A DNA stretch of 63,519 nucleotides, counting the filler, from Reclinomonas americana ATCC 50394 (Eukaryota), in assembly GCA_048213135.1 (NCBI GenBank). It is 17 parts of 17 records of this genome, joined end to end, with 100 filler letters (N's around TTAATTAATTAA, not from the genome) between each part and the next. Parts side by side here need not be neighbours in the genome. Positions count along the whole stretch, not along the records: positions 35,968 to 37,691 come from AFZH01024171.1; positions 37,792 to 39,561 come from AFZH01024172.1; positions 39,662 to 42,121 come from AFZH01024173.1; positions 42,222 to 45,506 come from AFZH01024174.1; positions 45,607 to 53,165 come from AFZH01024175.1; 12 more parts are not named here. The stretch is one strand, 5' to 3'. The notes below the pieces were generated by a model, which was not told the DNA's origin, made no database searches, and saw only the letters and a program-made list of their open reading frames with translations. Below are positions 37,603 to 49,500 of the stretch, piece by piece (position 1 is the first letter of the stretch; each line of letters opens with the position of its first letter). The position numbers and the translations under genes are program-made.

Positions 37603-39883
37603 TCTGCGCGGGGAGAGAGAGGAAGAGTGAGGAGGAATGCACACACGCACGAGAGAGAGACAGGGAGAGAGAGAATGCAATGCAATGCACANNNNNNNNN
37701 NNNNNNNNNNNNNNNNNNNNNNNNNNNNNNNNNNNTTAATTAATTAANNNNNNNNNNNNNNNNNNNNNNNNNNNNNNNNNNNNNNNNNNNNCACATTGAC
37801 GCACACAAACGCACACTCCATGCATTGTCACACACAGGCACTGCACTTGTGCAAGAGATGAAGAAATGGTGCGGGAGTTTGAAACACAGAAAAGTGTGGC
37901 ATCGCCGAACGTTAACGAGTCAGACAGTCAGAGAGAGAGAGAGAGAGAAAAGAACAGCAAGTTGCCCAGTGAGGGAAAAGCGAGAGAGTGAGAGAGCAAG
38001 TGAGACATGGAAAGCGGGCAAACGGGAGGAGAAACAGAGAAAACAGGAAATGCAAAGCATCAGCAGTGAGAGGACCAGAGAGAGAGATCGAGAGAGAGAG
38101 AGACAGGAAGAGTGGGGCGTGAGAAGTAAAAAACGCAGGCGACACATGCAGCGCAAGATAGCAAATAGCGAGTTGCCAACTCACCACGGTTGTGCAAAAG
38201 AGTGAACTAACATTGATAATCGCCGTGCTCGCCCTTTATTGTCCACTTCCGCCCCTTCTGGAATGTAGGGCACTGCGAAATTTCCCGGTTGCCAGTCGCC
38301 GGGTGGCAATCAGTTGGTGCGCGTCTGAAACAAAAATCATCGTCTTTCATCCGCTCTCCATACCCCATGTTTCATTTGCTGATGGTTGTGTGCGCCATGA
38401 GAGGGAGCGCAAGGTGAGACTGCGTGTGCGCAGAGAGCAAAGTAAAAGTGTACAAAGTGAAAGGCGAGGGGATGGTCCACGGGCTCGCATTTTGTCAGGC
38501 TCTACACTTCCTTCCGGGGAAGCCAATTCTCAACCGCTCGCAGATTCTCTGCAGGTTCGAAGTGACGTTTCGCAACTCGCTCGAAACTTGCGGCATTTAT
38601 GCTCGCTAACGGGGTTAAGCACTGACGGCGAAAGTACCATCACCGAGCTCGCCCCGGTGCGCGCTTCACGTGGAATGTGTTCTTTCGGTGTTTGCTTGTG
38701 TTAGAACCTTGTCTGATTTATAAATTCTTGGTGTGTGAGTTGCAAAAGTTGAGTGAACTCGGTGAAATTGACCACACGCGTGCACACCGCGACAGCGCCT
38801 TGGAGAGCGCCGAGTGGCGCTTCTGGTGACACTCCGTGCGTCTCGTGCAGAGCAGCGTGGACATGTGTGACTTTCGCTGATCAGACCTCTTGCCGCATTG
38901 GGCGCCAGCTGCCTGTTCGCCACCTTGAATCTTTCTGTGCGACCTTGGGCACTGACGCACACTTTGGCTCCTCCACAAGCAACACTCATGCCATGCATAA
39001 CGTAGTTACGCGCACACTTCGCGGACATATGGTTGTTTCGGAAAGTCGATGACAAGATGTCCTGTTTCTTCAAAAGGAAAGCAAGATTAGTCAAAGTCGC
39101 ATCGCTCACGCACATTCTTTATTTTCTTTCACCGCGGTGAGTTGACCATGTGGTACACATTGATGGTCACGGGGAGGGAGTGTGGGTCAACGTTTCGACT
39201 CTCTGTCACAGGCTTCGCACACTCTCCGCCTTGACGGCGTGCGAGATCACACCACTACTTCCCTTTCGTCGACGTCTCTCTCCATCTCTCTCCATCTCGA
39301 TTTCGAACCCTTCTGCTTCTGCCGACTGCCTCCCGCTGCCTTTAACTCTCTTTCTGCCGCTGACCGACACGGTTCGATATTGCTCTCGCGTGTTGTGTGC
39401 GTTGCGCCGCGATGCAGCATTTTCTGTTTTGCGCATTTCCGACCCCCCATGGCCACACTGCCTTTTCACAATCTCACGCACCACTCTTGACTTTCTCACG
39501 CAAAACATAGTGCACGTGTGTGCGCGACAATGCGTGGAGCGTGTATGTGAGTGCCAGTGTGNNNNNNNNNNNNNNNNNNNNNNNNNNNNNNNNNNNNNNN
39601 NNNNNTTAATTAATTAANNNNNNNNNNNNNNNNNNNNNNNNNNNNNNNNNNNNNNNNNNNNGTGTGCGAGAGTGAGAGAGAGAGAGAGAGAGGGGGGGAG
39701 GAGAGAGAGAGAGAGGAGAAGAGAAGAGTAGGGCTGTGTGGTTTCCTCTTCTTCGTTTGTGCGTGCGTGCGTGAGAGAGAGAGAGAAAAAAGTGGGCTGG
39801 GCTGTCCCTTTGTCAGTGAGTGAGTGTTTTTTTCATGTGCACTGCCAGTATCTCATCCAGTGGCTCTCCTCTTCCCAACACAG

Positions 39884-42024
39884 ATGACGCGCCTATTGCC
39901 CCGGCGGCCCCGACGCTCGCTGGTGGTGTGGCCAACTCGGAGGGCGGCTCGACTGGCGGTGTGGGCTTCTCTGGCAACTACTACCAGGACACCCTCACCA
40001 ACGCCTCGTGGACGTCGCCGATTGGCATTGGTGGCACCTCGATCAACGGCTACGTTGTGACACAGAACACCAACAACTGCAACCGCACGTACACGTGGAC
40101 GACGCTGACCAACAACTTCTCGTTCCCGACCATTCCGGGCAAGTCGTACACCTACGCCGTGCAGGCCACCAACACCCGCTCGGACTCTGGCGTGACCTCG
40201 ACGCAGAACGGTGCTCAGTCGGGCACTCTGTCGCAGATTGCCAACTCGATTGTGCGCCCGTACCCGCTGCCGGCTCTGACCACTGGCGGCTCGGCTGGCG
40301 CGACTGGCTCCGGCTACGTGACCTTCACCCTGTCGACCCCGTCGACTGTGGTCGGCACTCAGTACTCGCTGGCCACCTCGGACGGCATCATGAACTACGT
40401 CGGCGTGCAGGTGCTGGTGCAGAACCTGACCAACGTCACCTCGACCACCTTCGTGCCGGACTCGTTCGTGACTCAGTTCACTGGCTCGCTCGGCTCGACC
40501 ACCACGACGCTGTTGGTGAACGGCCTGAATGCCAACACCAAGTACCGCGTTGGCGTGTCTTCGTTCAACGGCTACCAGGCTGGCTGGTCTGCGACGGTGC
40601 TGACTGTCACCACGGCCACGTCGCCGCAGCGCCCGAGCGGCATCTTGTCGCTGTCTTCGAACCTTCTGCTCAAGCGTTCGACCTCGATCTGGCTCAGCTG
40701 GGGACAGCCGCAGGAGACTGGCGGCCAGGGCTTCGTGAACCAGTGGCAGGTGTCGTGGCGCGCGGCTACGGCCAGCACGCTGACCCAGAACACCACCTCG
40801 GTGATGCAGGCTGTGATCCGCGGCCTCACCGACGCCACCAACTACTTTGTCGACGTGCGCGGCATCAACGGCATTGGCACTTCGACCACTCAGGCCACCT
40901 TCGGTGACGGTATCATCGGCAACGGCCTCAACAACAACGTGCTGACGGGCCAGGTGCCGAACGATCAGACCAACTTTGCGGTGACCAGCAACACCGGCAC
41001 GGCGCTCGCGTTCACGTGGACGACCGCCACTGGTGCGTCGACTACCATCTCTGGCCAGGCTCTGACTGGCACGTCGGGCACGACTGCGTCGAACCCGGCG
41101 GTGGCGGTGGGTGCCACCGACACCACGGCGTCTGTGACGGTGGTGAACGGCAACTTCTACCGCTTCTGGCTCAACGCCTCCAACTCGATTGGCACGGGCA
41201 ACAACTCGCTGTCGATCTACATCCAGGCGGCACCGGTGACCACGACTGGCATTGTGCCGGCTGCTGGCACCCCGTCGCTGGACTTCTACGCCGCCAACGA
41301 GTACCGCGTGTCGTGGACTTCGGTGGGCTCGGGCACGACTGCGGCCGCCACCTACTACCTGGTGTACTGGCAGTGGACGACCCGCTTCCTGGCGTCGACT
41401 GGCAACCCGGCCGCCGCTGACGGCCTGGGCATGAACACTGCTGTGCTCGGCAGCGGCACCAACCCGGCCATTGCCGGCACTTGCGTGCAGCTGTTCCAGA
41501 CGATCAAGCCGTCGTCGCGCTACCGCATGGTGCTGATCGGTGGCAACACGGTCGGCCTCGGCCAGGGCTCGCAGGGCACCGCCAACAACAACATCGGCAC
41601 GCCGTCTCAGGGCGCTCTGACCCAGACGGGCCAGGCTGCCGCGCCGGCCGCCCCGACTCAGGGCACCAACACCAACACCTCGGTCACCGTCAACTTTGTC
41701 ACCCCGGTGTACACTGGTCTCGGCCTGATCACCAGCTACCAGATCCAGACGTTCCCGGAGAACGGCGGCAACGTCATCTTCGGCTACAAGAACGCCACCG
41801 ACTCGACGTCGTCGTCGCGCGCCAACTACACGTTCACTCAGTCGAACCTGCAGCCTGGCACGCCGTACGTGGTGAACGTGCGCGCTGTCAACTCGTACGG
41901 CCAGTCGATCCCGTCGGCCAACCTGCGTGTGTCGACGACTGGCGGTGCCGGTTTCGCCGCGACCTCGTCGCTGTGGACTGTGGTGCTGATGGCCATTGCC
42001 GCGCTGCTGGCATTCGCCTTCTAA
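39884..42024 (+). CDS. FN3 repeat surface protein, terminal exon with GPI-signal-like hydrophobic C-terminus (probably the same gene as 33391-37602)
   Basis: Starts at acceptor acacag|AT; FN3 motifs (IWLSWGQP, GLTDATNYFVDVRGING, LQPGTPYVVNVRAVN); ends GGAGFAATSSLWTVVLMAIAALLAFAF-stop. Confidence 0.82.
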
Positions 42025-42221
42025 ACACCGCTGTGTGGTGTGGCGTGGCGTGGTGTGGGTGGCGGTGGTACGATTGTGTGGTGTGCTTTTTCTGTTCACT
42101 TGGGGGTTTTCTTCCTTCTTGNNNNNNNNNNNNNNNNNNNNNNNNNNNNNNNNNNNNNNNNNNNNTTAATTAATTAANNNNNNNNNNNNNNNNNNNNNNN
42201 NNNNNNNNNNNNNNNNNNNNN

Positions 42222-42297
<76 letters not shown>

Positions 42298-42360
42298 GTG
42301 TTATTGCTTGTGTATGTACTATGACGAGTGGTGCTGAAAATGGGTTATGCGCCTGTTTAG

Positions 42361-43298
42361 GCGGCGAGACTGTGCAAGATCGTCGTGCTGTTTCTGCCAG
42401 TGTGTGGAGCGGACTTCAGCAACAGCAAAGCGTGGGCGCACCAGCCAATGCGCCGAGCGCACAGCATCAGATGCCGGCTTTGCGCTCAATGTTGACGGCG
42501 CCGCAGGACGACCGCGACAATGACGATGGTCGACGACGGGTGCTGCAGGTGGATGACATGGCGGCCGAGCCCATGGAATTCTTGTCGCCGCCAGTGCCGC
42601 TGCGGATCCCGAAGTTGAACCTGGAGCTGCTGGCGTCGGTGATGAACAGCGGTGGCGGGGCGTACAATAGTGCGCGACTGGGGTCCATGCCGCTGACGCC
42701 GCCGGCTGCGCTGTTGCCGCCGAGCATTGCGCACCTGGTGACTTCGCGTGCGGGGCCTACCGCTTTCGCCCCTCAGCGTCCGGCACCTGCGGGCTCGCCA
42801 ACTGTTCAAGATGTGCCGGCTATTATGCTTCCCCCTGTCATCGCTCGCGGCATGCAGCAGCAACTCGAATTGGCGCAGTTGGCTCCGCGCCTCGCACCAC
42901 CGCGCCATGCTCCGCCTCCGATTCCTCAGGGCCGTCCACCATCCCCACCCATGTTTAATGAGCTGTCGCCGCGGCCGCCGCCTCTTGCGCCACCGCCAGT
43001 GCCGCGATATGTGCCTGCCGATGGCGCAGCAGATGAGAATCTGTTTAATGCCCTGTCGCCGGCAGACGCGCGGTTCATGGCGCTACGGCCGGGAAGTGCG
43101 CGCGCGTCTGGTGTGCCAATGGTGCCACCGTTGCGGTTCCCCAGTTTGGTTGGTGGACAAGGTGGCGGCTCGGCATCCGCACCGTCGTCGCCGCGAGGTG
43201 CATCAATTCCGCCGCTGCCTTTGGCTCGATTGGCGAGCATTCGCGAGAGTTTGCAGGGCGACGACGTCCAAGGCGCGCCGCCGTCAGCCCACAATTAG
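42361..43298 (+). CDS. Proline-rich, probably disordered hypothetical protein (terminal exon)
   Basis: Long open frame after acceptor gtttag; recurrent [IV]PxLx[LF] and S[AP]R motifs. Confidence 0.5.
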
Positions 43299-43595
43299 GA
43301 TTTTCACTAGTGAATGTTAAGATGTTGTGTTGGAAAAAATCAACGTGCTGTAACAAGTCAGTGCGTGGAAGTGCGGACACCGCCAGCACAACTCCGTCGG
43401 ACCGAACTTTTATTCTTTTTTCCAAACACACGCGCTGAGCTTGCACTTCTCCACCAAGTGCGCTCTCTCCAGTGCACACACTATAGACTCCACAGTGTGT
43501 GTCTGTCTGTGTGTCTGCGTGTCACCTGGGACCGCGCATCTCGTTTTGTCTAGTTTTGAGAGGTCTCACACACACTCTTTCACTGTGAAGAGAAA

Positions 43596-46500
43596 ATGAG
43601 AGCGCGTCGATCGTCGCCTGTGCGCGTGTGGCACACATTAGTGTTTCTCTCGTTATTGGCGTTTGCGGTGTTGTGCGACTTGATGCCGCCTGCACTGGTC
43701 CGTGTTCGAAAATGCGACTCTGGCGATGCATCAGTGTCGACCAGTGTGATGCTATGCGAGGCAAGCGTGATGGTCGACGACGATGAGCTGAGATTACACA
43801 GTGAGCAGACGAGTGTGGGGTGAGTGTGTGAGTGTGCGATAAAGAGTTAGACATTGCGTCATCAATCACCTCAAGCTGCTGTGTGTGTGCATTGTGTGTG
43901 GCGCAGTCGCTTCCATACTGACGCAGTGCAGGCGGCGCTGCCGAATGCTGCGCTGCCGTTCTATCCCACCTCGTTCTCGCCGAACCCTGTCAATGCGTAT
44001 GACAGCACGATGAGCTTCTCAGTGGCGTACACGGGTACACCGACTGTGGCCAGCACTGTGGCGGGGCGCCTGGAGCCGTCGGGGGCATGCCCAGTCAGTC
44101 CCACTGCCTCTGCGTATTCGCTGACGGTGGCGAGCGGCGCGACGACGAGTCCCTTGGTGTTGCAGGCGCCGGATAACACCTTGGTGAATGGATCGTATGC
44201 GGTGTGCGTCAACATGGTACGCGGTTTGCCCAGTGGATCGATTGTCGTGCAGCGTAGTGGGGTTGAGTGTGCTTATGTCTCTGGGTTGCAGGGCTATCGC
44301 ATCACGTCGGACCTTGATGGCGTGGTGAACAATTTCACGGGCGGCGGCAACGACCCGATGAACGCACGCAGCGCCGGGCTGACCAAGTGGCTGACGCCGG
44401 CCAAGAGTCCACCGCTGAGCTTTGACCAGCGAGCGCTCGGCGACTATGACGACGTCGGCGATCGGTTAGTCGCCGACTTGCCTGCTGCTCCATGATGATT
44501 CACCATCCTCACACCGGTAACCGCAGTGTGGTTGCCATATCCTTCGTTGGCATTGCTGATACACCTGGCGTTGACATCGCTGTTATCGAGGCTGTCATGA
44601 GGCCTGTGGGGAACATGCCTAGCAACGACGAAATTTACTTGTTTGTCGCTGACGACTCGAATGGCAACGTTTTCGGAGGAGGAGCGGCGGAGCAGCATGT
44701 CGTCTTGGACACATACGTCGGCAACTGCTGCAATAAGAACTGGAACTCGGGATCGTACTCGGCCACGCAGTCTCAGAAGTTCACCATCACGGTTGCCGGC
44801 AACGTCCTCACTCAGATGAATGCCAAGAACAAACTGGATATCGCGATTGGCGAGGACACGTCAGTCGATTACATCAAGCTGACAACGTACACGGTTCGTC
44901 GGGAACCGCAAGTGGGTCTCTTGTTTGTAGGTACTCTTCGCTTATTCCCCCTCGTTTCCATCAGACACTGGTTATGAAACTGCCGACGCTGCTGGTTGCC
45001 GGTAAGCGCACTCTCTTACGCCGCGTGTTATGTTTCCCAGGCGCTCATCCTCCCTCCCTCCCCCCGTGCTTTCACAGTGATTCCCGTGTTCACCGGCTTT
45101 TCGCCGGCGATTGTCGCCCCACTCGCGTCGCAGTCGGTGGTGGTGACGGGCACCTACTTGCGTGATCTCACGGGCGACGCGGCCGCATTCATCATCTCGG
45201 CGTCATGCGCGTCTGGCACGGCGGTCGCTGGCACGTCCATCACGTCGGCGGCGCCCGTGGGTAACACAATCACGCTGACTGTGAATGGATCGACGGCCAG
45301 CGGCGGTGTGTACCAGCTGTGTGTGCGATGGTGCGTCATTGGAGCGCTGGAGTGGCAGGCAGCGGTCATCAAATCGCTGACATTTGTGGATGAACAGGTC
45401 GAGCGCCGTGTCGTACGGAACTGCTGACTCTGCGGGCGGTGTGTTCTCGATTGGTGAGTGACCGGTTGCTTTGTGTGTCGCACGGTGCATCTGGCCCCGT
45501 CTGACCNNNNNNNNNNNNNNNNNNNNNNNNNNNNNNNNNNNNNNNNNNNNTTAATTAATTAANNNNNNNNNNNNNNNNNNNNNNNNNNNNNNNNNNNNNN
45601 NNNNNNTGGTGTATTCGCCTCGGCCTCGTACCCGACAACTCTGAGCGGCACTGGCCTGATCGATGTGTCGACCGACACGTTGGCGTTTGTGATCACCGCC
45701 AGCGCCAATTGCAGTGCGGCATCGCCGACAGCAGTGGCTGGGTCATCGACAACGAACGCGTTTATTTCGGCGGCGTCAATCACAATGACGGTGGTATCGT
45801 CGACATCGCCGGGAGGCGTATACCGAGTATGCATCCGTCTGAGCAACGACTCGTGGGCGGCGTACAATCAAATTCTGTCTCCATTCAGCATCGGTGCGTG
45901 TTTGCGTGCGTATCTGAGACTACTTAGTGGGTGTTATTGCTCACTCGATTTCGGCGTGGCGCAGGCACTGTGTCATCGCTGTCTCAGCCCACGGTCGCAC
46001 AACTGATTGCAACAAGTGTTGTTGCGACCGGGACGGGTTTGATTGATCTGACCGGTGTCGGGACTGCATTTCGACTTGGCACTACGTCTGCGTGCACCAC
46101 TGCAGTAACTGGCAGCAGCGTGAGCATGGTGACATACACCAGCAGCACAACGACCACATTGACTGTGAATGGTGGAACAAGCTCTGGTGGCAACTACTTT
46201 TTGTGTGGCCGTACTGCCGGCGGCGGAAACTATGCATCCTTAATATCCATCAACGTTGGTGCGCTATGTCTGCCTCGTTCGCTGAGCTGTGAGCGACTGT
46301 AATCTCACGCGTGATACCGTCGCACAGCCCAAGTGACATCGACAACGCCAGCCACGCTGGAGCCACTGACTGGTCGATCTCTGACTCTGACTGGCATTGC
46401 ATTCCCGACGCTCGATGCGGCCGGCGTGGTGATCTCGGCCAACTGCTCGACCGTGTCTGCGGTGGCCCCTGTGACAGCAATCACGACCGTGAGCAGCACG

Positions 46501-49500
46501 AGTATCACCATGACAGTCGATGCGTCGGGTGCGAGTGCGGTCGGCGCACAGCGAGTGTGTGTGCGCTGGAGCGCGGCGCAGTCGTACATTGATGCCATTG
46601 GCATCCAGATTGGTACATTTAGCAGATATTTGTGGGTTGACGAGTGCCGATCAGTCTTTAATTTCGCTTCACCATCACAGGCAACGCAACAGCATTCGGT
46701 GGAGCAAACGGCAGCGCGATGATTCGGTCGTCAGTGAGTGGCGAGACAGTTACCCTTACCGGTCTGTTTCTCACGTCCGCCACCACATCAATTCTGCTCG
46801 AGCCGAACACAACGTGCACGCCGGCTGGTACTGCGATGGGCTCCGTGACTCTGTCTGGTGGCACGAGTGGCGGTGGAACAAGCATGAATCAGAGCATTGG
46901 CGGCAGCGGTGTGACGGTGGGTGGAGCGTACAGCGTGTGTGTGCGCTTCTCCTCGACTGGCTCGTACTTCAAGGTCGGCTCGACCCAGCTGCTCGTCCGT
47001 TTCGTTCAGCACTGTCGATTCCTTATTTTCGCCACGCATGAGTGTCTGAGCTGACAGTGTGTTTCGGGGCTGTGCAGCAACGGTGTCGAGCTTCAGTCCA
47101 TCGTCAATCATGGCCGAGGTGCCGACAGAGAAAGTGACGATCACTGGCGCCGGTCTCTCGACGCTGTCGATCAATCGAGTGATGTTCATGCCGGGTAGCA
47201 ATTGTACTGGATCGGGTCAGACGATTGCGGCGACACTCAACTCCGTGATTCTTACGGAAATTGTGGCAACCGTGGGTGGTACGGGTCTCGCGTTGCCTGC
47301 TGCGAGTCCCGACACGTTTGCTGTGTGTGTGGAGTACGTCTCCAACACCAGCACGTGGGTACAAGTATCTGCGTCACAACTCACAGGAGGTGAGTGGGTG
47401 AGTGTGTGAGAGAATGCTGTGGAAGCAATCGATTAACTTGCGAGTGCGGTGCAGTGGCGAATGCGACATCGTTCCTGCCGGCGTCGATTCTGGCGGAGAC
47501 TATTGGACAAGTGATCACGATATCGGGTCTGGGGTTGCGCACCAGCGACAAGATTCGAATCCAATCGGGAACAGTGTGCTCTGGTGGCGGCAACCTGGTG
47601 TCGTCTTCGCCTTCGCGGACGGGATCCGCAGGAGCGTGGACGCTGACTGCATCGGTTCCGGCTGTGACAACTGCACCGACGGATCTGTATGCTGTGTGGT
47701 GAGTGCAGTGTGTCTGTTGGAGTGCGAAGCGCTTTCATGCTGATCTCTCTCTCTCTCTCTTTCGTTCATATGCAGCATCCAGTACGGTGGTGGAGGATCA
47801 TTTGTCCGTGTCGGCGTCACGCAGCTGGCTGCTGGTATGTTTTTTTGGTGTGAGCTGTGTGTCGGCACGCAAAACATTGTGTGATTGTGACTGTGCATTC
47901 TTTACACAGTGCCGTCGACGGCTGGCTTCACACCTGCGACGATTCTTGCCGAGTCAACATCACAGCAAGTGACGGTGACTGGACCTGGGTTGCTGGCCAC
48001 CGATGCTGTGCAGCTGCAACTCGGCGTGACGACGTGTGCGTCGGGTGGCGGCGGAATTGGGTTGTCGTCGCCAACGTACGCTGGTGCAGCGGGAGCACGC
48101 ACGCTAGCGGTGCGACCGGCAGCTGTGTCGACGTTGACTACGGTGGGACTGTATGCGGTGTGCATCCAGTTCACTGGCACTGCAACATTCACGACTGTTG
48201 GCGCGACTCAACTGAGTGTGGGTGAGTACGGCGGTGGCTCTGCGCGCGCGTACCTCCTTCCCCTCTCATGCATATGTTTCTTGGACGCAGTGGGAAGCGG
48301 TACGTCGTTCTCGCCGTCGTCGATTCTCGCGCAGGTCGCTGGTGCACAGGTGACGATCACTGGACTGGCATTGGCGACGACAGATGTGTTCAGTCTGCAA
48401 TCGGGAGCGGTGTGTCCGGGTACTGGTGGAACGATTCCGTTGGTGACTGCGGCGAGTATCGGCGGTGTTGCTGGCGCGCGAACTGTGGTGGCAAGTACTG
48501 CAGCCGCGAACACAATCATGAGCAGCGGGTGTGTCTTTGCTGCTCTCCATGATTCTTTGGTAGCGGTGAAACTTGTTCTGACACGTGTGCATGCGCAGAT
48601 CATACTCGGTGTGCGGCAAGTTCAACGGAACGAGCACGTTTGTAAAAGTCGGTGGCACACTCACTGTTGGTGAGTACGCACGCGAACGAGAGCTCTCGGT
48701 GGATCAGCCGTCTGATGATTTGTTCGCCTTCCTGCAGTTTCTTCGGCAACTGGATACGCTCCAAGTGTGATCAACATCAACGGTGCGGGTGCGGTGTTCT
48801 CGGTCTCTGGGCGTGCGCTGAGCATGTCGGACAATGTGCGACTGGAGGTGGGATCGATGGCGTGCACGGCGAGCGGCGGCAGCTTCCCAGTGATGGTGAA
48901 CCAGTCTCTGGTGAGCACGGCTGGAGCGAATGTGTTGGTCGTGACGGCACAGGGTGCAGCTGTGAGTGCCGGATACTGTGCAGTGTGCATCCAGTTTGGC
49001 GGCGCTGGCAACTATTCGCTTGTGGCCGCCACACAGCTGGTGGTGGCGTCGGCTAGTGGTGTCAATCCGCCAGCCATGGCCGCGCTGTCTGGGCGAACGA
49101 TCCAGATCAGCGGCACTGCGATGCCGGACGTGAGCACCGATCCGCAGGCGTTTGTGCTGTCGTCGGGAACGTGCACTGGCACGCCGTCGAGTGTGGTGAC
49201 GATGACGAGCATGCGGACGGTGGACACTCTGATCACGCTGACGATTGACGCCGGCACGACTGCAGCCGGGGCGTACACGGTGTGTGTGCGGTGGCTGGCG
49301 ACGAGTGCATATACAACAGTGAGTGCGACTCCGGCGACTCTGAATGTTGGTGAGTATTTTGGGAAGGAGCTTGGTGGGGCAAGTGAGTGAGTGACTGACT
49401 GATTGGCATTGTTTTATGTGCACGCACAGCCACGTGGTCAACTCAGGTTCCTCGAGCCGTGTTCACGGTGACGACACCGAGCCAGACGATTGCGTTGACG

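Noticed and set aside
37792..39561. Possible ncRNA or gene in an ORF-poor contig
   Set aside because: No tRNA, snRNA or convincing exon pattern recognised; probably intergenic or promoter DNA.
44537..44545. ATATCCTTC resembling a U12-type donor
   Set aside because: Lies inside an open coding exon (VAISF) with no frame break requiring an intron.
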